Assembly (NCBI GenBank): GCA_050251945.1
Contig: JBFWLW010000013.1
Location: forward strand, 1-64,000
Length of the DNA: 64,000 nt
From: Deferribacterales bacterium
Lineage (GTDB): Bacteria > Chrysiogenota > Deferribacteres > Deferribacterales > Geovibrionaceae
Reading direction: 5' to 3'
Positions 1 through 8,417 of this stretch are shown piece by piece (the first letter of the stretch is position 1; every line of letters begins with the position of its first letter). The notes below the pieces were generated by a model, which was not told the DNA's origin, made no database searches, and was given only the letters and a program-made list of their open reading frames with translations. The position numbers were made by a program, and so were the translations under genes.

Positions 1-88
1 AAAGCATTTCGTTCGGTCTCCGCGAGGTGCGTCCTGCACCTTGTCAGCATTGGTCTTTCGAGCTTCCCGCTCTTTCAAGCGGCTGGTG

Positions 89-411
89 AATCTATCAAAC
101 TTACTCACCTTTGTCAATCTCTTTTTTTAAAGTTTCTAACATCTTTTTTTTCAGCGCCCTCTGAAATCCTTTCGGCTTTCTGCGGGCTGGTGAATCTATC
201 AAATCCGTTCACCGTTGTCAACCGGTTTTTTTATCTTTTTTAATTTCTTTTTAACAACTTTTAATCCGTTATTCAAAACCGATAATTCGCCGTTAAAACG
301 AAATACAAAAAATAAGTTTTCCAGCAACATGTTCCGTCTTTCGGTCAACCACCTTTCCGGTGTCTCTCTCAGGCGGAAGGGTGTTATATCCAATCCACAG
401 ATATAAGTCAA
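89..411 (-). promoter_or_regulatory. Three tandem sigma70 promoters reading out of the left edge (rRNA-operon-like P1/P2/P3)
   Basis: On the minus strand: TTGACT-N17-TATAAC (411-383), TTGACA-N17-TAGATT (221-193) and TTGACA-N17-TAGATT (117-89). AT-rich tracts lie upstream. The last two share 'tttgatagattcaccagcc'. Confidence 0.8.
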
Positions 412-476
412 CCACTTATTTAAATTATTTTTAATTATTTTCCGTCAGAACTGGTTAGTCATTGATAAATAAACGA

Positions 477-1061
477 TTATATTGAAAAAGGATCAGTGCT
501 GCTGTCGCTGTTCCAGACGTATTCTATCCTTGCGGCTATTCTGTTCGCCTCAGACTCTCCGCAAACATCTGCCACCAGACCGAGCGCCATATCCATTCCT
601 GCCGACACTCCCGATGAGGTATAAAACTTGCCGTCCACAACCCATCTGGCACTACGCACCCACTTTACGCCCGCTCCATAGGACGCTACCCAGTCAAATG
701 CGCGCTTATTTGTTGTAGCCCTTCTGTTATCCAACAAACCGGCAGCGGCGAGAAACACTGCGCCCGTGCAAACGCTTGCACACAACCTGACAGATTCCGC
801 CCTCGCTCTTACACACTCAATGAAGGTCTTGTCGCCGACAAGCTTTCTCGTACCTATTCCGCCCGGCACAAGAAGCATATCATTATGCTGCACGTCCGAT
901 ACCTTCGCAGTGAGAATATCAGCACCCTGTGCGCTTCTGACCATCCCGCCATCCATAGACACATAGTTCAGACCGACGCCGCCGGCATGCCCGAAAATCT
1001 CTGCAGGACCGAATGCGTCAAGTGTTTCAAAGCCATCGAAAAGAAGTATATCTATTATCAT
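477..1061 (-). CDS. DJ-1/PfpI family protein
   Basis: Motifs FETLDAFGP, VPGG, SVCTGA (nucleophilic Cys) and TSSGVSAGMD. Confidence 0.9.
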   Translation of the reverse strand: MIIDILLFDGFETLDAFGPAEIFGHAGGVGLNYVSMDGGMVRSAQGADILTAKVSDVQHNDMLLVPGGIGTRKLVGDKTFIECVRARAESVRLCASVCTGAVFLAAAGLLDNRRATTNKRAFDWVASYGAGVKWVRSARWVVDGKFYTSSGVSAGMDMALGLVADVCGESEANRIAARIEYVWNSDSSTDPFSI

Positions 1062-1070
1062 TGTCACTCA

Positions 1071-1100
1071 AAAAATAAGGGCGGCTGAGTGCCGCCCTCA
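1071..1100 (-). terminator. Intrinsic terminator after fba
   Basis: Hairpin agggcggc-tgagt-gccgccct followed by a U-tract on the minus strand. Confidence 0.7.
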
Positions 1101-1105
1101 ATATA

Positions 1106-2080
1106 TTATGCTCTTCCTGCTGAACCGAGAACGTTCTCGTTCTTAGCAGAATACATCTTAACAAGTTCTGCTCTGGCGGGTTTCAGATATTCTCTGGGGT
1201 CGAATTTAGAGGGATTCTCCGCCATAAACTCTCTGATTTTTGCAGTAAAGGCGAGGCGACCGTCTGAGTCGATGTTTATCTTACAAACAGCGCTTGCCGC
1301 CGCTTTTCTAAGCTGTTCCTCGGGGATGCCGACTGCGTTGTCCATTTTGCCGCCGAACTTGTTGATCATCTCAACATATTCCGGCAGAACGCTTGATGCG
1401 CCGTGCAGAACTATCGGGAAACCCGGAATTCTGCGTTCACACTCTTCAAGGATATCAAAGCGAAGGGGCGGAACTGATTCGCCGGGTTTCACTTTAAACT
1501 TATATGCTCCGTGCGACGTACCTATAGATATGGCGAGAGAGTCCACGCCTGTCTTTTCAACGAATTCCACGACCTGATCAGGGTTGGTATAATGGGAGTG
1601 TTCGGACTGAACGTCATCCTCTATACCTGCGAGAACGCCGAGTTCTCCTTCTACTGTGACGCCGAACTGATGGGCATATTCGACAACTTCTCTGGTAAGT
1701 GCCATGTTGTCCTCAAAAGAGTGGTGGGAACCGTCTATCATTACGCTTGAAAATCCGAAATCCACGCAGCTTTTGCATGTTTCAAAAGTATCGCCGTGGT
1801 CGAGGTGGAGCGCAATCGGTATCTCGCAGCCCAGTTCTTTGGCATAGGCAACCGCGCCCATAGCCATGTAGCGGAGCATGGTTGCATTCGCATAGTCCCT
1901 TGCACCTTTTGAAACCTGAAGGATAACCGGTGATTTTGTCTGGACACATGCAGTGATGATTGCCTGAAGCTGTTCGAGGTTATTAAAGTTATAGGCAGGG
2001 ACGGCGTATTTTCCCGCCATTGCCTTTGCAAACATTTCTTTGGTGTTCACTAGTCCAAGTTCTTTGTAGCTGACTGCCAT
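1106..2080 (-). CDS. fba: Class II fructose-1,6-bisphosphate aldolase
   Basis: Motifs YAVPAYN, HLDHG, SSVMIDGS, VEGELG, GTSHGAYK, VLHGAS, KINIDSD and FDPREYL. Confidence 0.96.
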   Translation of the reverse strand: MAVSYKELGLVNTKEMFAKAMAGKYAVPAYNFNNLEQLQAIITACVQTKSPVILQVSKGARDYANATMLRYMAMGAVAYAKELGCEIPIALHLDHGDTFETCKSCVDFGFSSVMIDGSHHSFEDNMALTREVVEYAHQFGVTVEGELGVLAGIEDDVQSEHSHYTNPDQVVEFVEKTGVDSLAISIGTSHGAYKFKVKPGESVPPLRFDILEECERRIPGFPIVLHGASSVLPEYVEMINKFGGKMDNAVGIPEEQLRKAAASAVCKINIDSDGRLAFTAKIREFMAENPSKFDPREYLKPARAELVKMYSAKNENVLGSAGRA

Positions 2081-2091
2081 TACTCACTCCT

Positions 2092-2631
2092 TTATATAAA
2101 CATACTCAATGACATTGAGATCTCTTCCAACTTGATGCGTGCGCCGTCTGTGTTTGAATAGCTGCACGAAGGCACTACCACACCGTAAAATTTGAAATTG
2201 AAGATGTTGCAGAATCCCTTCATCCAGTCCAGCGTATACTGCCCGTGGCTTCTGTTCGGCGAACCCTGTGTCAGGACGAAAAAGAATTTCTTGCTTCCTT
2301 CATAAGTGGGTCTTCCGCTCTTGTTGAGCAGAACGTGGAATTTATCCAGAAACAGTTTTGCTGTTCCGCTGATAAAATTGAAGTAGTTCGGAGATATAAA
2401 TATGATAAGATCGCTCTCAACGACGGCGGACATCACGTCGCGCAGACCTTCCTCCACCATTTCCGGACGGAAAGAAGCGCTGTCTCTGTGTCTGTTCTCA
2501 TAATCTATTTCAAATTTAATGTCGCCTAGATTAAAGACCCTGCACCCTTCATATTTCTTAGTCAGTTCATCCGCAATCAGAGCAGAATTGCCGTCCGCTT
2601 TAACGGCGGCGTTTATAATAACAGTATTCAT
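2092..2631 (-). CDS. Flavodoxin-like / NAD(P)H-dependent FMN reductase family protein
   Basis: N-terminal 'INAAVKADGNS' loop and 'SDLIIFISPNYFNFISGTAKLFLDK', matching the D.IIFxSPxY...K.FxDR pattern. Confidence 0.75.
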   Translation of the reverse strand: MNTVIINAAVKADGNSALIADELTKKYEGCRVFNLGDIKFEIDYENRHRDSASFRPEMVEEGLRDVMSAVVESDLIIFISPNYFNFISGTAKLFLDKFHVLLNKSGRPTYEGSKKFFFVLTQGSPNRSHGQYTLDWMKGFCNIFNFKFYGVVVPSCSYSNTDGARIKLEEISMSLSMFI

Positions 2632-2713
2632 ATTCGCACCCCGCTATATTTTAACCGCAACATAGTGCTGTTTCAACAAATAATATTGACATTAGACTAT
2701 TTACATTCATAAT

Positions 2714-4438
2714 TTGCTAATGGAAGACATGCTTCAATCAATATCAAACGCCGGCATCAAAACAGATGCTGAAAAACAGCCGGACATGACCGCCGCACCC
2801 TCATACAGGGGCAACTTCGGTTTTTACCACATAACGGCAGAGAACTGGGAAACAGTCATAATCAAGGGTGTGTTCAAAGGCAACATACGCCACATAGGCG
2901 GAGAATGTCCTTTCAGCGACCGCAAAATGAACGAGCTGGCACAGATGCTTTCCGATGTGGAACGCTGTCTGCGCAGACCGGCGAAAACCTATGTACACAA
3001 TAATGACGAAACTTTTTATGTGTGTCGGGTTGAGGCGGAAAACTACACCCCGCTCCCCGCGGATGCACGCGATTTTGAGATAAAAGCACCGCTGACGCCC
3101 GTTGAGGAATCCCTCGGCAGGTCGACCTCAACCAACGAAAAGCATCTTTTCATAAAGTCCCCTTTTGCCTCCGTATTCAATGAAACATTGAGTCCCTATG
3201 CGTTCTCTGTCATAGAGGCGATGCCCGATGTTCTGAACCCTCTGTTCATGAGCGCGGATATGAAAACGCTCTCCCCTTCCATAAAAACGATGTTCAACCG
3301 CATTCTGATGAACTCCGCGAATATTGAAACGGTTCTTTCGGCGTTTTATGCCAAGCCGGACTTCTTTTATCTGAACTATCTTCCTTCAATATATAAGACC
3401 ATCAAAAAACCTTCTGCGGATGTGCCGAAAATGTCTGCACTGCGGCTTGCGGAAGGGGAACTTGAGAACACCGTCGAAGACATCGAAAAAACTGCTCAGA
3501 ACCTCACGCAGGAAACGCTTTTTAACGATGAATTCTTTGAAATACCCGCTCTGTCCGTAATGGCATGGCAGATAGCCGTCATGGGGATGTGGCTTTCGTT
3601 TACTGAGTTCATGAAAGCGTCGGGGCTGGAACACGAAGATGCCATGCGTCATATATATAAGACAAGAAAGGGCGGTCTGCTCCGGTATAACGGAAAGATA
3701 ATGCCTGTTCTCGACCCTGCGGCAAAACCGGTAAAGCTTCATGCTATGGATATCCCAATTGTTGAGATAGAAACCATGTACACCTCGCTTCACTCCATGA
3801 AGCGCCTGATACTTTCCAAAGGGAAATATGCCTCACTCCTTTCAAAGGCACACAAAGCGCTGGATGATGCAGACAAAGTTTATCTTACCATTTCAAAGCT
3901 TGTTATGAAGGTTCGCAGCATTCTGCTGGAAACAGGTAAAAAACAGGTGGAAAACCGCGTACTGTCAGATGAAAATGACATATTCTTCTTTGAACATAAA
4001 GAGATACAAAATATAGTATCCGACTCCTTTTTCGGAAACGCTCCGTTCACTCTGAATTTCCGCAGGTGGCAGTCGTCAAGATTCGCATCCGCTTGTCTGC
4101 CCGGATACCTATATGAAAAAGATGTTGAGAACTACAAAGAGATAGCAGAAAAACAGATATCTAAGTCTTTGGCAGAAAAGCAGATACCCTGCCTCTCATT
4201 TTTTCACAAGCCACTGGAAACGGACAATTTCATATGCAGATACGGTTTCAGCATTGCAGATATCAAAGAAGCGGAATCAGCCGATGTGGTCATAGCCGAA
4301 TCCGCCTCACTGTTTTCATATATAGCGCAGTTCTGCGCCGCTACAGATAAGCCGCTCTACACCGGAGCAAGGTTCTCGCCGCTTCTGTTATCAGGTAAAA
4401 AAATACGAACCGGATCTGACAATATAACTGCTATTTAA
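2714..4438 (+). CDS. Degenerate PEP-utilising enzyme (PEP synthase / rifampin phosphotransferase-like) homolog
   Basis: RSILLETGKKQVENRVLSDENDIFFFEHKEI resembles RxxLLExGxRLVxxGxLxxxxDIFYLxxxEL. The C-terminal ADVVIAESASLFSYIAQFCAATDKPLYTG resembles the His-swivel motif with His replaced by Tyr. Confidence 0.55.
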   Translation: MLMEDMLQSISNAGIKTDAEKQPDMTAAPSYRGNFGFYHITAENWETVIIKGVFKGNIRHIGGECPFSDRKMNELAQMLSDVERCLRRPAKTYVHNNDETFYVCRVEAENYTPLPADARDFEIKAPLTPVEESLGRSTSTNEKHLFIKSPFASVFNETLSPYAFSVIEAMPDVLNPLFMSADMKTLSPSIKTMFNRILMNSANIETVLSAFYAKPDFFYLNYLPSIYKTIKKPSADVPKMSALRLAEGELENTVEDIEKTAQNLTQETLFNDEFFEIPALSVMAWQIAVMGMWLSFTEFMKASGLEHEDAMRHIYKTRKGGLLRYNGKIMPVLDPAAKPVKLHAMDIPIVEIETMYTSLHSMKRLILSKGKYASLLSKAHKALDDADKVYLTISKLVMKVRSILLETGKKQVENRVLSDENDIFFFEHKEIQNIVSDSFFGNAPFTLNFRRWQSSRFASACLPGYLYEKDVENYKEIAEKQISKSLAEKQIPCLSFFHKPLETDNFICRYGFSIADIKEAESADVVIAESASLFSYIAQFCAATDKPLYTGARFSPLLLSGKKIRTGSDNITAI

Positions 4439-5291
4439 CAGGCAGTTCCGGCACGTTCACCCCGTCTGTTGCCGTTGACAGACTGATATCCATATACTCC
4501 TGCGCCTGTCTGTTTCTAACTTCATCAGCCATTTTTGTGAACTGAACTGCGTCGGCTCCTATCAGCAGATGCAGAGGAAGTTCGTCCCTTTCAGCCAGCA
4601 TAAGGATAACCTGTGCAAACTTTTCGGGCGATGTCATCTCCGAACCGACAAAATCCTTCAGCATCCTATATAAAGCGCCAACAGATCCGTCATAGTCAGG
4701 GAGAATCTCAGGTGTCTCTGAAATTGCGGTGACACCCCAGTTTGTTCTTATCCCACCAGGTTCAAGACAGCAGACCTTAACATCAAATCCGGCACATTCC
4801 TTTGCAAGCGCTTCAGAGAATCCGCCCACAGCCCATTTTGCAGTCTGATATGCACTTATTCCCGGGTTTGATATTCTCCCGCCCACGGATGAAATGTTAA
4901 GTATGTGGCCTGAATGCCTTTTGCGCATGTGCGGCAAAACCGCACGGGAGGTATTGACAACACCGAACAGATTGGTTTCGATCTGCCCGCGGAATGTTTC
5001 GGATGATTGCTGTTCAAACGGTGCAAAATGACCATATCCGGCATTGTTGACAAGAACATCGATTCTGCCGAAAACCTCCAGAGTGCGCCCGACAGCACCA
5101 AAAACGGCTTTTTCATCTGTTACGTCAAGCTCCAGAGTCAGAATTCTTTCTCCGTACTGCTCTTTCAGATCAGCAAGCCTCTCAGGGTTACGCGCTGTGG
5201 CAGCCAGCAAACCTCCGTTTTTCAGCACTGCCTCTGCAATACTTCTTCCCAGTCCCGCTGCACTTCCGGTCAGAAACCAGACTTTTTCCAT
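4431..5291 (-). CDS. Short-chain dehydrogenase/reductase
   Basis: Motifs TGSAAGLG, NNAG, NISS and YxxxK (YQTAK). Confidence 0.95.
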   Translation of the reverse strand: MEKVWFLTGSAAGLGRSIAEAVLKNGGLLAATARNPERLADLKEQYGERILTLELDVTDEKAVFGAVGRTLEVFGRIDVLVNNAGYGHFAPFEQQSSETFRGQIETNLFGVVNTSRAVLPHMRKRHSGHILNISSVGGRISNPGISAYQTAKWAVGGFSEALAKECAGFDVKVCCLEPGGIRTNWGVTAISETPEILPDYDGSVGALYRMLKDFVGSEMTSPEKFAQVILMLAERDELPLHLLIGADAVQFTKMADEVRNRQAQEYMDISLSTATDGVNVPELPVK

Positions 5292-5318
5292 TTTCAGCCT
5301 CCAATATTTTATTATCTA

Positions 5319-5347
5319 AAATGAGTGATTACTCACTCATTTGTCAA
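5319..5347. promoter_or_regulatory. Palindromic TetR-type operator overlapping the SDR promoter
   Basis: Perfect inverted repeat AAATGAGTGA-ttac-TCACTCATTT (5319-5342) abutting a minus-strand TTGACA (5347-5342). Confidence 0.8.
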
Positions 5348-5357
5348 GTATTAAAAA

Positions 5358-5930
5358 TCAGATGCTTTGCAAAAAACTGGTGAAAGCTTTATAACCTATT
5401 GTGGCGTATTTGCCTTTTTTCTCAGGGTTACCAGTCATAAATCCAATGGTGGTGTCTGCAAGAGAAGCGAGCATAGCGCTCACGAACGGCTGTTCGACCC
5501 CGCAGGAAGATTTTTCGCCGGAGATTTTTCCAAGCAAAGTGTTTATTTCAGAAAACCGCACAAGACCTTCAGCTCTGCTTTCTGCAGTGACTCGCTCACA
5601 TAAGACCAGCTTCTTCATCGCCGTACATTTAACGACGTTCTCTGATCCCCAAAGCACATAACCATACCAGAAATGTTCTATTTTCCCGCTGTCGTCTCCG
5701 TCAAACGGATAACCCGACATGATACTGTCCGCCATCTCATTTTTGATGTCCAGATAGAGGCTGTTAAGAAGAATGTCCTTGCTGGGGAAATAGGTAAAGA
5801 GTGTGCCTTCTGCAATTCCCGCCAACTTAGCTATCCGCTTTGTGGGGGCATCGGTTCCGATTTCGGCGATAGCTGTCGCAGCAGCATCAAGAATAGCTTT
5901 TCTTTTGTCCTGGCTTTTAGGAAGCGCCAT
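5358..5930 (-). CDS. TetR/AcrR family transcriptional regulator
   Basis: N-terminal HTH ILDAA...IAKLAGIAEGTLFTYFPSKD. Confidence 0.95.
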   Translation of the reverse strand: MALPKSQDKRKAILDAAATAIAEIGTDAPTKRIAKLAGIAEGTLFTYFPSKDILLNSLYLDIKNEMADSIMSGYPFDGDDSGKIEHFWYGYVLWGSENVVKCTAMKKLVLCERVTAESRAEGLVRFSEINTLLGKISGEKSSCGVEQPFVSAMLASLADTTIGFMTGNPEKKGKYATIGYKAFTSFLQSI

Positions 5931-5995
5931 ATGCCGCTCCTGTCGTAAAGTTCATAGAGAAAAGATACATAAGGGTACAGATATTTGCAAGGAAA

Positions 5996-6031
5996 ATGAA
6001 AAAGGCGGGCTTTTTTGAACCCGCCTTCTTT
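5996..6031 (-). terminator. Intrinsic terminator after the FecR-domain gene
   Basis: Hairpin aaggcggg...cccgcctt flanked by A/T tracts. Confidence 0.7.
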
Positions 6032-8398
6032 TTATTTGAAAGTTATGTTTATCTTAACGCTTCCGTATATCTTCACATCCGCCGCCGCCGCCGCCGCTTC
6101 CGCCGCTGCCTGAGCTGCCGCCTGTGCCGCTTCTGCCTGCGCCTGAAGCGTTGCTATCAGACCGGACGCATCTTCTCCCGCCTCTATAGCCGCCTGTGCC
6201 GCCGCAAGAGTCGCCTCAAGAGCTGCCTGTGTGGAATCTGCAAGACTTTGGGCAACCGATTCTGACTCCGCCGCAGCCGTCGCTGTCTGTGCTGCCGTCT
6301 GTGCCGCTGTTACAGCCGCCTCAACGGCACTTGTAGCTTCCGCCGCAGTGCTTGCGATGCCGGCAACAGCTTCATAGATTGACTGTGCCGCAACGGCCGC
6401 TGCCGCTGCCTGTTCTGCCGCCTGCTGTGCAGCTTCCTTTGCTGCCAGAGCCGCTGCGCCTTCTGCCGCAGAGCTGTTGGGATCGTATGCCTGAACAGTT
6501 GTAAGAGCGGATGATGCCGCAACCTGTGCAGCCGCTCCCTGCGCCGATGCCGCAGACATTGCCGTTGTCTGTCCGGTCAGCGATGTATATGACTGATTTA
6601 TAATTGTTTGCTGAGCCTGTATCTGAGAAGTTGCATCGTTCACAGCGTCAAGAGCCGCCTGCGCAGTTGCAAGGGCTGTTGTCTGGGATTGCAGTTCCGC
6701 CGCCGCTGCCTGTGCTGCTGCCGCCGCCGCTGCCGCCGCTGCTGCTGCCTCTGCCGCTGAAAGCTCCGCCTGAGAAATCGGCGTATCCGCAGAATCGGCT
6801 ATGGACTGAGCGGCGCTGGCATTTGCCGCCGCCTGTGCCGCTGCTGCCGCTGCTGCCTGCGCGGATGCTATTGCAGCCTGACTTGCTGTATATTGAGCCG
6901 CTGTCTGAGCCTGTGCCTGTGCTGACTGAGCAACAGCCAAAGCCGCTTCCGCCGCCGCCTGTGCTTTTTGCGCCTGCGCCACTGCTTCCGCCGCCGCCGC
7001 CTGTGCTGCCGCAAGAGATGCCTGTGCCGCTTCGCTTGCCGCCTGTGCTGCCGCATTTGCCGCTTCCGCCTCTGCTTCCGCTCTCGCAAAAGCCGCCTCG
7101 GCTTCACTTTGTTTGACAAGTGCTGCCGCAGCCGCTGCGCTCGCTGCCTGTGCCGCCGCTACTGCGGCATCGTATGCCGCCTGTGCTTCACTGCTGTATA
7201 CTCCTGTCTGAATGACCGCTTCTGCTGCCGCTTGTTCAGCCGCTGCCGCCTTAGACTCCTGTTCGCTTCTTATGGCATCCGCCTGAGCCTGTGCCGCCGC
7301 CTGTGCCGCCGCTTGCGCTGCCGCCTGTGCAGCAGCCTGTGCCGCTGCCTGTGCTGCCGCCTGTGCCGCCGCCTGTGCCGCCGCCTGTGCTGCCGCCTGT
7401 GCCGCCGCCTGTGCCGCCGCTGCCTGTGCCGCCGCTTCTGCTGCCGCCTGCGCCGCGGAATCTGTTCCTGCTGCAACTGCGCCGGTCATACCGTCACCTG
7501 AGTTTCCGCCCTGCAAAGCTGATTCAAGCTGATTAGCCGTATCACTGGACTCCTCATCGCCAGCCTGAGCCTCTTCCTCGCTTCCAGTGCTGTTAAAGAG
7601 AGCGCCTTCGTCACCGGCACCGCCGCCCTCACCCTGTGCAGAGGGAGCGCCTGAACCTGAAAAAAGTCTGGAACCGCCTGAAAGATCATACTGCTGTATG
7701 CCGCCGGAAGAGTCTATAATCACGCCCTGACCTGTGCCGAGTATAATGCTCGGCGGTGCAACGGGAGGTGCTCCGTATCCGATTCCGGCTCCGCCTGTAC
7801 CGCCGCCTGTCAAACCGCCTGAAGCAGGAGCTGAAGACCCGCCCGATGAACCGGACTGGAATTGCGGCAACGGGGGCGCACTCGGCGCGGGAGGTGCGGG
7901 AGGTGCCAAAGGCGGGATAAGGGTTAAGACCACTGAACCTGAACCGACTTCCACTACCAGATTTCCGTTATTGGATTCCGCACCCAGCACAGTACCCTTA
8001 ACGCCGATAACGGCATTGCTTGTCTTTATTCTGAAATCGCCTGCGACATCATGCATCTTCTCAACTTTAAAAAGCACCTTGCCCTTTTGAAGTTCAGCGT
8101 TAAAGCCGTCCTTTGTTCTCTCCGAACCGAGCAGAAGCAGACGCGATTTTTCAAAGACTTTTATATTGCTTCCGTCAACAAAGCTGACTTCCGCGTAACC
8201 TTTTCTTTTTGTTCTGAGGATATCGTCGAAAGAGAGGCTTGTCCCCTCTTTTGCGATCTTGCCCATGACAGCCTGCGCCTTGACTACATCAACGGCGCCT
8301 TTTACCGTTTTAACGGTTCCTGCCACCGACGATGCGAAAACCTGCGAGCTGATCATTATGACCGCTGTGGTTAAAGCCGTAATCCTTTTTATTCTCAT
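6032..8398 (-). CDS. Secreted FecR-domain protein with Pro/Gly linkers and a ~470-aa Ala/Gln-rich helical stalk
   Basis: Signal peptide ending SQVFA. FecR motifs include DILRT, SFVDGSNIKVFEKS, LQKGKV, FRIKTSNAVIGVKGT and VEVGSGSV. AAAQ repeats follow, then a terminal beta-strand GSVKINITFK. Confidence 0.85.
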   Translation of the reverse strand: MRIKRITALTTAVIMISSQVFASSVAGTVKTVKGAVDVVKAQAVMGKIAKEGTSLSFDDILRTKRKGYAEVSFVDGSNIKVFEKSRLLLLGSERTKDGFNAELQKGKVLFKVEKMHDVAGDFRIKTSNAVIGVKGTVLGAESNNGNLVVEVGSGSVVLTLIPPLAPPAPPAPSAPPLPQFQSGSSGGSSAPASGGLTGGGTGGAGIGYGAPPVAPPSIILGTGQGVIIDSSGGIQQYDLSGGSRLFSGSGAPSAQGEGGGAGDEGALFNSTGSEEEAQAGDEESSDTANQLESALQGGNSGDGMTGAVAAGTDSAAQAAAEAAAQAAAAQAAAQAAAQAAAQAAAQAAAQAAAQAAAQAAAQAAAQAAAQAQADAIRSEQESKAAAAEQAAAEAVIQTGVYSSEAQAAYDAAVAAAQAASAAAAAALVKQSEAEAAFARAEAEAEAANAAAQAASEAAQASLAAAQAAAAEAVAQAQKAQAAAEAALAVAQSAQAQAQTAAQYTASQAAIASAQAAAAAAAQAAANASAAQSIADSADTPISQAELSAAEAAAAAAAAAAAAQAAAAELQSQTTALATAQAALDAVNDATSQIQAQQTIINQSYTSLTGQTTAMSAASAQGAAAQVAASSALTTVQAYDPNSSAAEGAAALAAKEAAQQAAEQAAAAAVAAQSIYEAVAGIASTAAEATSAVEAAVTAAQTAAQTATAAAESESVAQSLADSTQAALEATLAAAQAAIEAGEDASGLIATLQAQAEAAQAAAQAAAEAAAAAADVKIYGSVKINITFK
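7289..7450 (-). repeat. 12-nt coding tandem repeat (AAAQ)n
   Basis: Ten consecutive ctgtgccgccgc-type units (7289-7408) plus about 3 variant units, with synonymous differences between units. Confidence 0.9.
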
Positions 8399-8417
8399 GG
8401 CACACCTTTTCACATTC

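Noticed and set aside
199..411. Two short ORFs at the left end
   Set aside because: They overlie the AT-rich promoter array and have no coding features.
5996..7536. Arg/Cys-rich and Pro-rich ORFs; possible CRISPR-like repeats
   Set aside because: They are alternative frames of the Ala-codon repeats. The repeats are contiguous 12-mers without unique spacers and there are no cas genes.
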